Of a DNA stretch of 64,000 nt, positions 32,531-44,868 are shown in pieces. The notes under the pieces are model-generated. The model did not search any database. It was not told where the DNA came from and saw nothing but the letters and a program-made list of their open reading frames with translations. A program made the position numbers and the translations under genes. The stretch is taken from positions 96,001 to 160,000 of the forward strand of contig CAWHXP010000015.1 of assembly GCA_963833425.1 (NCBI GenBank), in the 5' to 3' direction. Source of the stretch: an uncultured Methanosarcinaceae archaeon. GTDB taxonomy: Archaea; Halobacteriota; Methanosarcinia; Methanosarcinales; Methanosarcinaceae. Within the stretch, counting starts at the first letter, position 1. Every line of letters begins with the position of its first letter.

Positions 32531-33985
32531 ATGACAGATATCGAATCTATCTACAAAAAACTCAGTCATGCAATAAGTAGGGAAAATTTCCTGCAACGCA
32601 TCCAAGAAAAAGTCGAAAATATGGGAGGACTTTGTGATGAACTTATGGCTGCAATGCTAGTTGCCAACGAACTTGGATTTTCGGACGCAGGTAGAGATAA
32701 TGTAAAAATTAAAAATATTACAGCTGAGAGAGGATTGATCAATTTTGTTGCAAGAGTTATTTCAATTTTAGATATCAAAGAATTTACCCGAAACGACGGG
32801 ACTATAGGTAGAGTAGGGAACCTGATTGTGGGAGACGAGACCGGTAAAATTCGGGTAAATCTATGGGATAATATGGCAGATTTGATAAAAGCTGAAAAAA
32901 TTAAAGAAGGAAATACCTTCCATATCAGTGGCTATGCAAAGCAAGGATATTCCGGAGTAGAAGTCAATGTAGGAAACAATGGAGTCCTGACCGAAAGTGA
33001 GGAAAATATCGATGTGCCTGTGAGCAGCCAAAATATAAAAGACATCAAGGATGGCATGGGCGACCTGAACCTAACAGGAAAAGTTCTAGAAATTTCAGAA
33101 GTCAGGACCTTCCAAAAGAAGGATGGTAACAATGGAAAAGTAGGAAACTTGTTGCTTGGCGATGCTACGGGCACTCTCAGAGTGACCCTCTGGGACGAAA
33201 AAACCGAGTTTTTGGACCAGATAGAATATGGAGATACTGTAGAGTTAATCAATGCTTATGCTCGGGAAAATGCCTTTACTCAAAAAGTGGAACTCCAGAT
33301 CGGAAACCGGAGCATAATCAGGAAAAGTGACAAAAAAGTTGAGTATGAAGAGCAATTTACTCCAATTATGAACATAAGGGGTGATATGAATGATATTAAC
33401 ATCTCTGGAAAGGTACTTGATATCGCAGAAATCCGGACCTTCGAGAAAAAAGATGGTTCTGTAGGAAGAGTGGGAAATCTCCTTCTAGGAGATTCTACAG
33501 GCAAAATCAGACTTACACTCTGGGACGAAAAAACATATTTCCTTGATGAAGTTAATTTCGACGAGACCTTAGAAGTGCTCCATGCCTATTCTCGAGAAAA
33601 TGCCTTCAACCAGCAAATTGAACTGAACCTTGGATCTAGAGGGATCATCCAGAAGACAGAAAAAAAGGTTGAGTACAAAGAAAAAATCACAAAGATTGCC
33701 GATATAATTCCCGGGGAAAATTATTCAGTCCAAGGAAAGGTCTCCGAAATTGGAGAACTCAGGGAGTTTGAACGAGAAGATGGAACCGATAGCGTGGTTG
33801 CAAATCTTGAAATCAAGGATGAAACAGGTAGTATCAGACTAACCCTATGGGGAGATCAAGCATACGTGATCGAGGATCTTGATATCGACTCCGAAATTCA
33901 GATCATTGATGGCTATGCGAAATCTGGCCTGAACGAAGAAATCGAGCTGAGCATTGGTAACCGAAGTAGAGTAATTATGCTTTAA
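32531..33985 (+). CDS. rpa: Replication protein A (four OB folds)
   Basis: Four repeats of xxFx[RK]xDG...GDxTGx[IL]R[VL]xLW-type OB-fold motifs. Confidence 0.93.
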   Translation: MTDIESIYKKLSHAISRENFLQRIQEKVENMGGLCDELMAAMLVANELGFSDAGRDNVKIKNITAERGLINFVARVISILDIKEFTRNDGTIGRVGNLIVGDETGKIRVNLWDNMADLIKAEKIKEGNTFHISGYAKQGYSGVEVNVGNNGVLTESEENIDVPVSSQNIKDIKDGMGDLNLTGKVLEISEVRTFQKKDGNNGKVGNLLLGDATGTLRVTLWDEKTEFLDQIEYGDTVELINAYARENAFTQKVELQIGNRSIIRKSDKKVEYEEQFTPIMNIRGDMNDINISGKVLDIAEIRTFEKKDGSVGRVGNLLLGDSTGKIRLTLWDEKTYFLDEVNFDETLEVLHAYSRENAFNQQIELNLGSRGIIQKTEKKVEYKEKITKIADIIPGENYSVQGKVSEIGELREFEREDGTDSVVANLEIKDETGSIRLTLWGDQAYVIEDLDIDSEIQIIDGYAKSGLNEEIELSIGNRSRVIML

Positions 33986-34170
33986 CAATCTTCACTTTTC
34001 CTCAAGTTATTGATCTTTTGTTTATTTTTTTTACGTTCATTTTTTTTCAAGTTTTTTCTTTGCTATTATCTTTTGTTTCGGTAGTTATTTTGTTACTATA
34101 CATTTTCTTTGTATTACAAGCATACTAGGTTCAAATATAATTCCATTAATACTTGAATTTGAACTAACCA

Positions 34171-34190
34171 TTCCAGTGGAAATTGAGGGG
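34171..34190 (+). promoter_or_regulatory. Isolated ORB-like Orc1/Cdc6 recognition box
   Basis: TTCCAGTGGAAATTGAGGGG matches the archaeal ORB consensus TTCCAGTGGAAA..GGGG. Confidence 0.6.
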
Positions 34191-34711
34191 TTTGGATAAA
34201 TTCCTGCCAGAAAAATCAATATCATTTCAAAAATAATTCAAATTCATCCAATTTTCAATGAAAAATAAACTACTTCATGCAAACATCATATATATTAAAT
34301 AACCCAGTTTCTGCAGATGCACACAGATATAGAATATATTTGTCCATTTGTCACTATTTTTCATTGAAAGTTAGATTAATTTTTAATCTACTGTCATATT
34401 GTGAAAAAGATGACATTCTTATATGCATCTATATTTCGAATTATTCCTTTTATACAGAGAGCATGGACGAAAGTATCCCGTTGCTTACAGCAGGAGAGAC
34501 ACCGCAACATTGATTGATCTAACAGAAAATACAAAGATATATACATATTTGAGTAAAATGCCGGATAGATGTTATTGCTTGTGGTTTTTAGTAATAGCCC
34601 TCAAGACCTGAACTTGCATTCTATTTTATTGTAGTTTTGTAGCCATCAATTTATAGATCAAATATAATAAGAATCTTGATTGTGCGAATGTCTGTGCTTA
34701 GGCATTGAGGA

Positions 34712-36700
34712 TCAAATAAATATCATGAAGACTACGTAGGCGATCATTATCATGCAGACACTATGTTTCAAGCCCATGTACGCTGATCCCTGTCCCATCT
34801 TTCCAGCAACGAGTCCGGAAAGGAAAGCCTGAATAAGGGTTGAATGAAACATGAGCATTGTATACTCCTTCACATTAAAGGATTCGTTTCCTATTCCTGC
34901 GCACCAAACTTCCAGAGAAGATCTTGTAAAAGAGACACTTTGAGGAAAAAAATATAAAACCAGAATATAGACTATGAAAACGAAGACAAAAAAAGCCACA
35001 TATATGGTGACAACGTAGACAGCCATGTCTGAAGATCGTTCTTTTTTCAGCTCTTCTTCACTTTTAACCTGTTCAGCTGTAACTAAAAGCACATTTTTAA
35101 GATCACTTGTAGACTCGTTTGCTTTTATAAGTATATGAAGAACTCGACTTGAAGTAGCTGTTTTGATATTATTCCCAAGTTTCATAAGGACTCTTGAAGT
35201 TGAAGTCCCCCAAGACATATCTTCTTTTAGCTTTTTAAGTTCCTTTGTAAGAATGCCCATTTTGGATTCTGCCATTAATTTCAAAGAGGTTGAAAAAAGA
35301 ATTCCAGAGCCATTCAGATTAGAAAGGTTCCTTAACAAATCAGGCATTTTCTCATCGATTTTACGCATTCTCCAGGCTCTGATCTCATAAAAAATAATAA
35401 AGGGAAGCAACACAATGGAGATAAAGATAATGAAGTAATTTTGAATTTCGCTGATTAGCTGGATGCTGCTGACACTAATATGGGTAAAATTTATAGCCAG
35501 GTGGAAATTAGAAATGAAATCATCTTTAAGACTTTTTGGAATATGAGTAAGATAATATAGTCCAAAAGGAATTCCAATGAAAAAACTGTACACTGGCTTG
35601 TCCCTCATAGTTTTGTATGGGCTGAATAGCAAATTTTTGAGATTATTAAGTTTTCTATACAACAAGAACTTTTTACTCCTCTTTTCCTCCTCTTCTACAC
35701 TAAACCCTGAGCTGATCTCTGGAATATCGCAAAAGTCTATAGAGAAACCAGAAACATTAGTTTCCTCCGTATCCATAGAGAGCTCTCCTACCATATCCAG
35801 GAGAACCAGGAATAAAAGATTTGCAAGAGGTATAATCACGTAAATGAGTAGGTAAAGAATCTGTGCTGAAGCCGGCCGGAATAATTGCAATACAATAAGG
35901 GTTGTCATTACAAAAAGAGGACCTGCAACCAGCACTGTCACATAAACTTCGGCAAGAACATCAAGCTTTCTTAAAAAATTTCTGTTTGCCATCTCTACCA
36001 TATCCTGGTATTGCTCTGATTTGCTTTTTATGTACTCTATTAGGGCCTTGTTGCTTGAAACAAGAATTAATCCATCAATAAAGTCCTTGAAAAGCTCTGA
36101 AGAGGTACGTTCCTTGGCGGAATTAAGAGCACTTATGAAGTCTTTTCCGAGATAATCCATGTCCCTCACGATATAGGACACTTCTTCTGCAGATGTACCA
36201 AATATATGAGTATACATACTCAAGGATCTGAATACGTCATAAATCGATACGCCTCCTTTAGTCAGAGCATACATATAAGTTACTGACGAAAGTATAGATT
36301 TATCGATGCAAGCTTGTCGGATGCCTGTCTGAAAATAAGGACAGACATATGCCAAGCCAAAAACGGCCAAAAAACCAAAAAAGAACAAGAAAAGGATGTT
36401 TAAAATTCCAAGTGCATACAGATGGCCTTCTACAAAACCAGCATTTATAGAGTTCAAAAAATGGATGAGTCGATAACTCGGATTCCAAAAAGTTTTCAAC
36501 CCCAAAAATGCGCCGAAAATTCCTCCAATAAGTCCTACAATTATAGAATATATGCAGGCAGATGCCAAATACTGGTCCACTGACATGGAAATATGGGATT
36601 TTCGTATTTTTACCTTTAAAGCCAGGAATTTTTCTTTATTTTTGTAAAAAAAATTTCCGAAAATTCTATATGCCAGTTCATCCACAACATTATGATCCAT
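34712..36700 (-). CDS. Type II secretion/type IV pilus membrane platform protein (TadC/GspF family, two domains)
   Basis: Two GspF-like repeats with multiple TM segments; directly downstream of a secretion ATPase. Confidence 0.88.
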   Translation of the reverse strand: MDHNVVDELAYRIFGNFFYKNKEKFLALKVKIRKSHISMSVDQYLASACIYSIIVGLIGGIFGAFLGLKTFWNPSYRLIHFLNSINAGFVEGHLYALGILNILFLFFFGFLAVFGLAYVCPYFQTGIRQACIDKSILSSVTYMYALTKGGVSIYDVFRSLSMYTHIFGTSAEEVSYIVRDMDYLGKDFISALNSAKERTSSELFKDFIDGLILVSSNKALIEYIKSKSEQYQDMVEMANRNFLRKLDVLAEVYVTVLVAGPLFVMTTLIVLQLFRPASAQILYLLIYVIIPLANLLFLVLLDMVGELSMDTEETNVSGFSIDFCDIPEISSGFSVEEEEKRSKKFLLYRKLNNLKNLLFSPYKTMRDKPVYSFFIGIPFGLYYLTHIPKSLKDDFISNFHLAINFTHISVSSIQLISEIQNYFIIFISIVLLPFIIFYEIRAWRMRKIDEKMPDLLRNLSNLNGSGILFSTSLKLMAESKMGILTKELKKLKEDMSWGTSTSRVLMKLGNNIKTATSSRVLHILIKANESTSDLKNVLLVTAEQVKSEEELKKERSSDMAVYVVTIYVAFFVFVFIVYILVLYFFPQSVSFTRSSLEVWCAGIGNESFNVKEYTMLMFHSTLIQAFLSGLVAGKMGQGSAYMGLKHSVCMIMIAYVVFMIFI

Positions 36701-36709
36701 ACACTCCTC

Positions 36710-38392
36710 TTAAATAATCATATTCTGTACCATATCCTTTAGGGTATCATTTCTTACAGACTCCATAATCACCTTCGGATAACTTTGATATGCTTGTACT
36801 ACAAGAGATACTTGGATGTAACTCCTCATTTTATTTTCATACATATATGTTAGTATTTTTCTCCGATTCTCCATCTCACCTCTCAACTGACTGGCATCCA
36901 ATCCTCTAGTATACATTATATCCTGCATGATATGGGAATCTCCTACCTTGATGAAACAATCTTCTGAAGGTTTCCAGCTAAAGAGCTCATTTATGCCAAG
37001 GTCCCCAGTCTCAGGGTCGATATTAAGGACTTCCACAAAGCTTCTGCTTCTTCGAACTCTTTTCTCCCCAATGTACATCTGTTCCTGGATACAAAGTACA
37101 TCCAGCGATTGCAGCATCATTTGAGGCACATTTATGGGTTCGTGTGTGAGCCGATTTATGACTGTCTGCACATCCCCTGCGTGCATGGTTGAACTCGTCG
37201 CATGTCCTGTTGACATGGCCTGAAAGAGAGTCAGTGCCTCATTACCCCTCACTTCCCCTACGATGATAAAGTCTGGACGCTGTCTGAGAGCAGCCTTCAA
37301 AAGATCATACATGGAAACTCCTCCCGTCGCATCGGAAGCAAAACTTTCCCTTGTGATTTCGGAAACCCAATTGTTGTGGTAGAGTAAGAGCTCCCTTGTG
37401 TCCTCGATAGAGACTATCTTAGCTGTAGAAGGCATAAATAGAGATGTGGCATTGAGAATCGAAGTTTTCCCGGAAGCTGTCCCTCCTGCAAACAGAATAT
37501 TGTAGCCGTTCTCGATTATCAACCAGAGATATATAAGCATTTCAAGGGAGCAGGTATTAAAACCAAGCAGGTCAATAGGAGTTATTGGGTCCTTCCTGAA
37601 TTTACGAATAGTAAAAGAGCTGCCTCTGGGAGTGATTTCTCTTCCTAAAATAGCCTGAAGCCTCGAACCATCCTGAATTGTCCCATCCACAATTGGCTGG
37701 CTTACAGATATATGCTTATTATTCAACTGGCACATCCTGATTACAAAGGAATCAAGTTCATCCTCTTTGAAGGAAATATTACTTTCGATGTTGAAGTACT
37801 TAGTATGATAAATATAAATGGGAATTTCTACTCCATCGCATGAAATATCTTCTATATAAGGATCATGTAGAAGTGGATTAATTTTATTGTAACCTAACAA
37901 ATTTCTTCTGAGGTAGTATATTATTTTTTGAATAGCTGATGCCGAAATTTCAGCCCTATAACGTTCAAGCAGGTAGAGAATTTTATCCACCAGAAGTGCA
38001 TCTTTTTCGAATTTGGACGTTGTGAAATTTAGAACTAAGATATCCTGAAAATCATCATAAATTCTTTCTAGAATTTTTTTCTCATACTTTGTAAGTGCAG
38101 GTTCAATAAGTTTATAATACTTTGTTCTCCTGTCTTCCAGAATCGATGCAAAAGCATAAGGTTCTTGAAGCCAATACCTCTCAATTTCTATTAACCCATC
38201 AGGCACTACAAACTCAACAATAGATCCTTGTTTTTCCTGGTCGTAAGCCGGTAGAGTCCTCAGTGATTTATTAAAGTGATGTCTAACCCTCTTTAAGATT
38301 TTTGATATAGAATTAATATCTCCTTTTTCACCGAATAACCCCCAGACAAAGTCGTGCCTCACAGGCAGTTCTTTTAATTCTACCATATTCAA
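36710..38392 (-). CDS. Type II/IV secretion ATPase (TadA/VirB11/FlaI family)
   Basis: Walker A GGTASGKT, SIEDTRE, ALRQRPDFIIVGEVRG and His box GH..STMHA. Confidence 0.93.
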   Translation of the reverse strand: MNMVELKELPVRHDFVWGLFGEKGDINSISKILKRVRHHFNKSLRTLPAYDQEKQGSIVEFVVPDGLIEIERYWLQEPYAFASILEDRRTKYYKLIEPALTKYEKKILERIYDDFQDILVLNFTTSKFEKDALLVDKILYLLERYRAEISASAIQKIIYYLRRNLLGYNKINPLLHDPYIEDISCDGVEIPIYIYHTKYFNIESNISFKEDELDSFVIRMCQLNNKHISVSQPIVDGTIQDGSRLQAILGREITPRGSSFTIRKFRKDPITPIDLLGFNTCSLEMLIYLWLIIENGYNILFAGGTASGKTSILNATSLFMPSTAKIVSIEDTRELLLYHNNWVSEITRESFASDATGGVSMYDLLKAALRQRPDFIIVGEVRGNEALTLFQAMSTGHATSSTMHAGDVQTVINRLTHEPINVPQMMLQSLDVLCIQEQMYIGEKRVRRSRSFVEVLNIDPETGDLGINELFSWKPSEDCFIKVGDSHIMQDIMYTRGLDASQLRGEMENRRKILTYMYENKMRSYIQVSLVVQAYQSYPKVIMESVRNDTLKDMVQNMII

Positions 38393-39585
38393 TCCTTTAG
38401 GTTTTTACTTAAGTCATATAAGACCAACACATTATAAAAACTTATACACTTACGGTATCATCAGTAAATTTTAACTTCAATTATAATTAATATTAATCCT
38501 TTATTTAGCTTTATTAGATTTTAAAAATTTGATTCCAAAAGAAAAATAAATAAATTTAATTCAAAAGTAATGAATATGATATTTTTTTTCTGAGATCATT
38601 TAATATGTTTAAAATATATTTCATTTTAGATAAAAACATATAGTATGATATTCGGAGAAATTTATAATTTCTCCTAAATGTAATTTTTCTGTTAGGGCTA
38701 TCATACATTAGTGACAGTTTTAGAAGCAATAATAGATGCGGAATTCTGTGATTTTTGCATAAAATCTATGCCGATTCCCACTAACAAAATTTCTGAGTTT
38801 AACGATAATCCTCCGTAATATAATCCGGTAAACAAACTGAAATTTTTCGGTAGACTATGATAGAATTTTAGCTTTAATGGAGCTATATAAGAAAAATGAG
38901 ATTTTGTTGCACAGAATCAACAATTAAATTTTTGAATCCTATTTTTGATTTATTGATAAAGCATTTACTTTTAATAGTTTTTGAAATGCACCAGATATGA
39001 AAGCTTTTATACATATAAAAGACAGAGAAAGTTATTCGGAATTCATTGCACAATTTGCATTTATACACAATTCAGTCATCAATAGTTTTCACAAAAGATT
39101 AGTAGAGAAGTCCGATCTTATGTTTGACTTCACAACAAACTTGTACAAAAAAACAGATCTAAAAAAGCTCACTATATTTTTCCAACTGAAGATTTTTAAC
39201 CTAAATGAAGTGCTGATGGATATTTTTTTGCAAGGCTGGCAGAGAATTCTACCAGGAATCTCTTAGAGTAAGCAGATTAATCAGATAGTAGAAAATATTT
39301 CTACAAATGCTCGTAGAAAAAAACATTCAGATAAGAGAAATTCTAGACATAGAAATATCTCTCAGCATTGTATTCAGGCTTCATTAAATGTCTGAATATC
39401 ATAAAATTTTTGGTATTAAAAATGAAATTTTACATGGATAAATTTTCAATTTATGCTCATTGGAAACACGAACTTGAAATGAGTACTATTAATGTCAATT
39501 TGCGATATTGAAGAAAGTGATGCTGCAACTAGAATTTCTGAAATAGGCAATTATCATAATTTTTCTGCAGGATATCAGCTTGATT

Positions 39586-39779
39586 GGAATTGAAGCTATG
39601 AATATGATTAAAAAAAGACAAGTCAATAATTTAAAATACTCTGTTCTCAATGAAGTCAAATACATTGATCACTTATTAAGTATAGTTTTATAATGTTAGT
39701 ACATTTTCCTTGAATATTTTGATTTTTATTCATTACTAATAGATTTACATGCTTATTTTGAAATTTTTGCAACAGAACC
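39586..39779 (+). mobile_element. IS6 right-end remnant
   Basis: Diverged copy of the IS6 transposase tail (GIEAMNMIKK...) and 3' flank, ending TTTTTGCAACAGAACC. Confidence 0.85.
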
Positions 39780-40358
39780 GCTTGATTAATAGCTTGAAGC
39801 TGTTCCTAATATTTACCAATTTGCTGATAAATTTTATATCAGGAGATCACAAGAATGAAATCAATATAGAAAAACTCAATTTAACGCAGATTATCCAGGC
39901 AGATCAAGAAAAAAAATAACACGTTTAAAGAGTTTTTAATCTAAAGAAAACGTCAATTGGTCATGTAAACATAATTATTAATCTAGAAAGGAAAATTACC
40001 AAAACGATATGCATCTTCTTACAAATGATGAGGTATAATGAAGATAAAATAGGGCCTGAAAAGGAGAAATTCAGATGAATAGATTGTTGAGATTGAAAAC
40101 TTTTCGGTCGATGGACAGATAAAAACAATTTGTGAAATAATCGAAATTTTAGAAAAAAAGGATTAGAAGAGTGCGCAAGGAAGATCCTATCATGTACTTC
40201 CACGCCAAATCCCGTTATCATTATGTACCATTGACTCGTATATATGATGTAATTAATAAGTGCATAAACACATCCATAAAGTACAAAAAAGACAGTCTAC
40301 AGGGAGAGGAAAAAGAAATAAATCTCAAAAAAGTACTTTTGACCAGCGTTCAGACTTT

Positions 40359-40448
40359 AGAGAATTTCGTTAAATCTCTGATTTTCATGAGTCATTTATA
40401 TACCCTTCAGAAGTATGTGACGAAATTTAGAGTTTATCGAAATTTTCT
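40359..40448. mobile_element. ~90-bp MITE (IS5-end family)
   Basis: agagaatttcgttaaatctctgattttc ... gaaatttagagtttatcgaaattttct. Confidence 0.7.
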
Positions 40449-40623
40449 TTAAAAAACTTATAGTTGCAAGCCTTAATTGAATTTAAAAATTAAAATAATC
40501 TGATTGTTTTTCACAGGAAACCTTCCACAATAATTTTTCAAAAAGAAACTGGAAATTTGAAAAGATTTGGTACTGTAAAATGCCGGTTTTTAATATGCTT
40601 AAGTTAAAAAGGGATGGCAATCA

Positions 40624-41253
40624 ATGGTAGACGACCCTGAAAGAGAAGCATGTGCTGACATTCACTACAAAGAGATTGAAAGAGAGATCTCAGTTGCTGA
40701 AGTCATGAATAAAACAATCATAGTAATGGATATCAACTCAGCTATTCCATCTATTGCTAGGGAGATGATTCGTTGTGAAGCAGGTAGCGTTATTATTACT
40801 AAAAACAGAAAAGCCATCGGGATAATAACTGAAAGGGATTTTGTGAAGAATATAGTTGCAAAGGATAGGAGACCAAGTGAAATGATTGCAAGCGAAATCA
40901 TTTCAACTCCACTGATAACCATCGAACCTGACAAAAGTGTCGTAGAAGCTTCAGAAATCATGTTGAAAGCAAATATAAAAAGGCTGCCAGTTCTGGAGAA
41001 GGATACAATAATAGGAGTGATCTCAACTACTGATATTTTGATGGTAACCCCTGGGCTCAATACTATACTCAAAGATCTTATTGATATGAACCGTGAGACT
41101 CTACTCTCCATTCCCTCAATCGAAGATATTTCAGAGGAATTCAGTACAGGAATATGTGAATCCTGTGAAACTTATTCATCTGATCTTAAATTAGTGGACG
41201 GTAAGTACTTATGTGGAAAATGTCAACAAGAAGAAGGAGAGTATTACGAATGA
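40624..41253 (+). CDS. CBS-pair protein with C-terminal Zn-ribbon
   Basis: GIITERD and RLPV..GVISTTD motifs; CESC...CGKC. Confidence 0.9.
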   Translation: MVDDPEREACADIHYKEIEREISVAEVMNKTIIVMDINSAIPSIAREMIRCEAGSVIITKNRKAIGIITERDFVKNIVAKDRRPSEMIASEIISTPLITIEPDKSVVEASEIMLKANIKRLPVLEKDTIIGVISTTDILMVTPGLNTILKDLIDMNRETLLSIPSIEDISEEFSTGICESCETYSSDLKLVDGKYLCGKCQQEEGEYYE

Positions 41254-41314
41254 ATGATATATTTAGCTCTCAGTCATTGATATGGGATCTCAGTGTAATA
41301 CAGGGCGGTAAAAA

Positions 41315-42109
41315 ATGAACGTAAATGAAATTATGTCATGTGAACCTGTAAGTGTTAAAGCGGGGGACTTCATAACTCACGCCCGTCAGCTGATGCGTGA
41401 TCACTTTCTTCGAGGTATTGTTGTTGTTGACGACGAGAACAGGCTTGTGGGAATGCTGAACGACCAGGACATTCTTCGAGTCACATCCACTCGCTCGAAC
41501 GTCACTGTGGGAGGATATGCAAGGCAGACCCCAACAGTCACTCCAGATATGGATGTCATGAAAGCTGCAAAGCTGATCGTACAATCAAAGCAAAACAGGT
41601 GTCCAATTGTCATATCAACTAACGAACATACAGTTGTCGGGATTCTGAGTGATGTAGACGTTCTCAGAAATGTGGAAATCCCAAAAAACATTCCTGAAAC
41701 TGTAGAAGCGATCATGACAAAAAAAGTCCAAACTTGCTCTCCGGAGGAGAGGGTCAGCAAAGTTTGGGGGCATATGCTCGAAACAGATTATACAGGCATT
41801 CCAGTGGTTTCAAATAAAGGAGAACCTATTGGGATGATAACCAGGAGAGACATAATCAAATCAGGAGCTGTACGAATTTCGCTGGAAGATGAGCGAGCAA
41901 GTAGACCCAATGACAGTCCAAAGGTTAAAAAGGTTATGTCAACTCCTACATACACTCTTTCAGAGAGTGATTCCGTCCAGAGTGCAATTGAGATGATCAT
42001 CCACTATGATATCGGAAGAGTGACTATAGTAAATATAAATGGAAAAATATCCGGAATCATTGATAGACAGGACCTTCTTGAATCTATTGTCAATGCCTGG
42101 AAGCAATAA
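41315..42109 (+). CDS. Four-CBS-domain protein
   Basis: Repeated CBS motifs GMLNDQD, GILSDVD, GMITRRD, GIIDRQD. Confidence 0.9.
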   Translation: MNVNEIMSCEPVSVKAGDFITHARQLMRDHFLRGIVVVDDENRLVGMLNDQDILRVTSTRSNVTVGGYARQTPTVTPDMDVMKAAKLIVQSKQNRCPIVISTNEHTVVGILSDVDVLRNVEIPKNIPETVEAIMTKKVQTCSPEERVSKVWGHMLETDYTGIPVVSNKGEPIGMITRRDIIKSGAVRISLEDERASRPNDSPKVKKVMSTPTYTLSESDSVQSAIEMIIHYDIGRVTIVNINGKISGIIDRQDLLESIVNAWKQ

Positions 42110-42284
42110 CCTTTAGAAAGCCGCTTTTTGAAAGAAAAGCTTTCACACAAAAAGATTGCAGAATTAAAGAGTGTCACAAAAAAATATAATTGACAAATAA
42201 AGGAAACCTTTCGGAAAAATTCACTGAAAAATTAACTTCAGATTCCAAGGAAATTCCTGCAAGTAGGCAGGAAAAAAAAGGCAT

Positions 42285-43334
42285 ATGAAAAAAGCAATTA
42301 ACTGCAACTTGAACTCGGTGGTCCAATTGAAAAAAAATACAACGTTTTCGTCAGCCGAAAAAATTAAAATTAAGGGAAAACTGAACAAAGAGGACAGGGG
42401 AGTGCAGCGGAATGACCCGAAGATGGCAAGCAGTACAGGCACAATGGACATGGGTCCACTGGAGTTTAAGTCACGCATTTCGGAACATGAAGGGCGCATC
42501 CTAGCTTTAGCAACAAGGAATGTAGTGACTCTTCCTCCCACAGCAACCATTATGGAAGCAATTAAGATTATGACTGAAAAGAGATTCAGGCGCATTCCGA
42601 TTGCAAATGCTGGAACACAGAGACTGGAAGGAGTCGTTACTTCCGTAGATATTATCGATTTTTTGGGGGGCGGTAAAAAAAATTTGCTCGTCGAAAAACG
42701 CTTCAAGGGTAACTTGCTGGCTGCAATAAACGAGGAAATAAGGCAAATAATGGAAACTGGTATTGCCTATCTCCACGAACAGGCAGACTTTAAAGAAGCT
42801 GTTTCAATGATGCTTGAAAGGAGGACAGGGGGTCTGCCAATTGTAGACAGTAACATGCATGTTGTTGCAATTTTTACCGAAAGGAACGCAATAGAACTTA
42901 TGGGCGGGCTCGTGACAAATAAAACTGTTGATGAGTACATGACCAGGAACGTAAAGATGGTGTCAACTGATACACCCATAGGACACGCAGCAAAATTGAT
43001 GGTAGAGAACAAGCTCCGAAGACTCCCTGTAGTTAAGAATGGAATCTTTGCTGGAATAGTTACAGCCTCTGATATTGTCCATTTCCTTGGGAGGGGAGAC
43101 GCTTTCAGCAAACTGACAACAGGAAATATTCATGAAGCTCTCGACCAGCCTGTAGGTTTTATTGTCTCAAAAGATCTGATATGGACAAATTCTGGCACAG
43201 ACATGGGAAAAGCGATGGGAATTATGCTCGAGGAAAAAATAGGTTCACTCCCGGTACTGGAAGAAGGATTGCTACGTGGCATAATTACAGAGAGTGATTT
43301 CCTGAAACTTTTGAGTTCTGAAAAGCATATCTAA
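42285..43334 (+). CDS. Four-CBS-domain protein
   Basis: GVVTSVD, AIFTERN, GIVTASD, GIITESD; the true start is probably downstream (~42423-42443). Confidence 0.9.
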   Translation: MKKAINCNLNSVVQLKKNTTFSSAEKIKIKGKLNKEDRGVQRNDPKMASSTGTMDMGPLEFKSRISEHEGRILALATRNVVTLPPTATIMEAIKIMTEKRFRRIPIANAGTQRLEGVVTSVDIIDFLGGGKKNLLVEKRFKGNLLAAINEEIRQIMETGIAYLHEQADFKEAVSMMLERRTGGLPIVDSNMHVVAIFTERNAIELMGGLVTNKTVDEYMTRNVKMVSTDTPIGHAAKLMVENKLRRLPVVKNGIFAGIVTASDIVHFLGRGDAFSKLTTGNIHEALDQPVGFIVSKDLIWTNSGTDMGKAMGIMLEEKIGSLPVLEEGLLRGIITESDFLKLLSSEKHI

Positions 43335-43356
43335 CAAATGATCCAAAGCTAAATTA

Positions 43357-43447
43357 AGAGGATTTCGACAAACCTCAATTTTTGGATGGTGGGATATAAA
43401 GCTTATAAAGGCAAGTTAGTGAAATCGGAGATATGTCGAAATTTTCT
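43357..43447. mobile_element. ~90-bp MITE (IS5-end family)
   Basis: agaggatttcgacaaacctcaattt ... gaaatcggagatatgtcgaaattttct. Confidence 0.65.
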
Positions 43448-43747
43448 AAATTGACTGCAATTAAATTGAAATTTAGAAGAATTTTTAGCTTAAATTTTCA
43501 GAATTTAGAGAAGAAAAAATTCCCTTGCTGGATAGATTAAGAAAAAAAATCTGTAGCTCAGGTATTCAATATTTTGGAGTGTTCTAATTTTAAATAAGAA
43601 CCTTCTCAAATTAGTTTTAACTCCAGCAAAAAATATGCATTATTATCTAAACTATAACATTTACGGTTACAAATTATGAATTTCGCATCCGATTCAAAAA
43701 CTGTAATTGTCAACACTTATATATAGTAAAAATTAAGGAGGTATTCC

Positions 43748-44593
43748 ATGAATGTGGCGGACATCATGAGTTCACCTGTGTATGTCATAAACGCAGATGA
43801 GCCCGTATCACATGCAAGAAAATTAATGTTAAAGCATAGAATTAGCACGTTGCTGGTTCTGAATGAGAGCAAGATGGTGGGAATCATAACTAAATCAGAC
43901 ATTAGCAACCGTCTGGCTCAAGCTGAACCCCTCTGGAGAAGAAGGCCAATAGACCAGATTCCTATAAAGCTGTTGATGACAGAATCGGTCATTACTATCT
44001 ATCCCGAAGCCTCCATTTCCCAAGCATCCGCCTTAATGCTTGAGAACAGAGTGCATAACATCCCAGTGGTAAAGAACAATATTGTAGGTATTGTCACCAG
44101 GACAGACCTCGTGCGCTATGTTGCGGAAAACACTGAAGAAATGAAAACAAAAGTTTCTAAATTAATGACTGAAGATGTTGTTTCTGTTCACAGACATCAT
44201 ACAATCAACCATGTAATCGACGAAATGAACAGAAACGAGATCGAAAGAGTAGTTGTTAAGGATGATACAGGGAAATCTGTAGGGATCATTTCCAGGAAAA
44301 ATCTCGCTTTAAACCTCTTAACTGACAATGAAGGAGGGCTTTCCACAAAAAATATCAAAATGGCCCGCAAATCCTCACCTGCGGGCCAGAAAATCTACAG
44401 ATACGTAAAAGAAGTTCCTTTGACCGCAGAAGACATCATGGTTTCCCCAATAATTTCAATTGAAGTGAACGAAAATGTCAGTGCAGCCGCAAAAAAAATG
44501 ATTGAAGAAAGAGTAACTGCCCTTCCTGTCAGTGATGGAGAAGATATAGTGGGCATACTAAGCAGAACAGACATTATGAAAGCTATCATCTAA
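43748..44593 (+). CDS. Four-CBS-domain protein
   Basis: GIITKSD, GIVTRTD, GIISRKN, GILSRTD; AGGAGG RBS. Confidence 0.9.
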   Translation: MNVADIMSSPVYVINADEPVSHARKLMLKHRISTLLVLNESKMVGIITKSDISNRLAQAEPLWRRRPIDQIPIKLLMTESVITIYPEASISQASALMLENRVHNIPVVKNNIVGIVTRTDLVRYVAENTEEMKTKVSKLMTEDVVSVHRHHTINHVIDEMNRNEIERVVVKDDTGKSVGIISRKNLALNLLTDNEGGLSTKNIKMARKSSPAGQKIYRYVKEVPLTAEDIMVSPIISIEVNENVSAAAKKMIEERVTALPVSDGEDIVGILSRTDIMKAII

Positions 44594-44868
44594 AACACAG
44601 CCAATGTAGATACACTAGCAAGAAAAAAATAATAACATGAAAGACAACAAAAGCAAAAAAAGGATGCTAAGTAAAAATATGAGATTTTTTATCATTTTGT
44701 TTGATTTTTAATTTATTAGATTCGCAAAATGAGGGGCATGCTTTATGAATTTTTATAATCCCAGAAAACATTTAAAAGTTTCGGGATCTCGAAAAACGGA
44801 TGATGAAAACACGCAAAAAAATTGCGAAAAAAATAATGAAAATTATGGATACGCATAAGGTGAATTGC

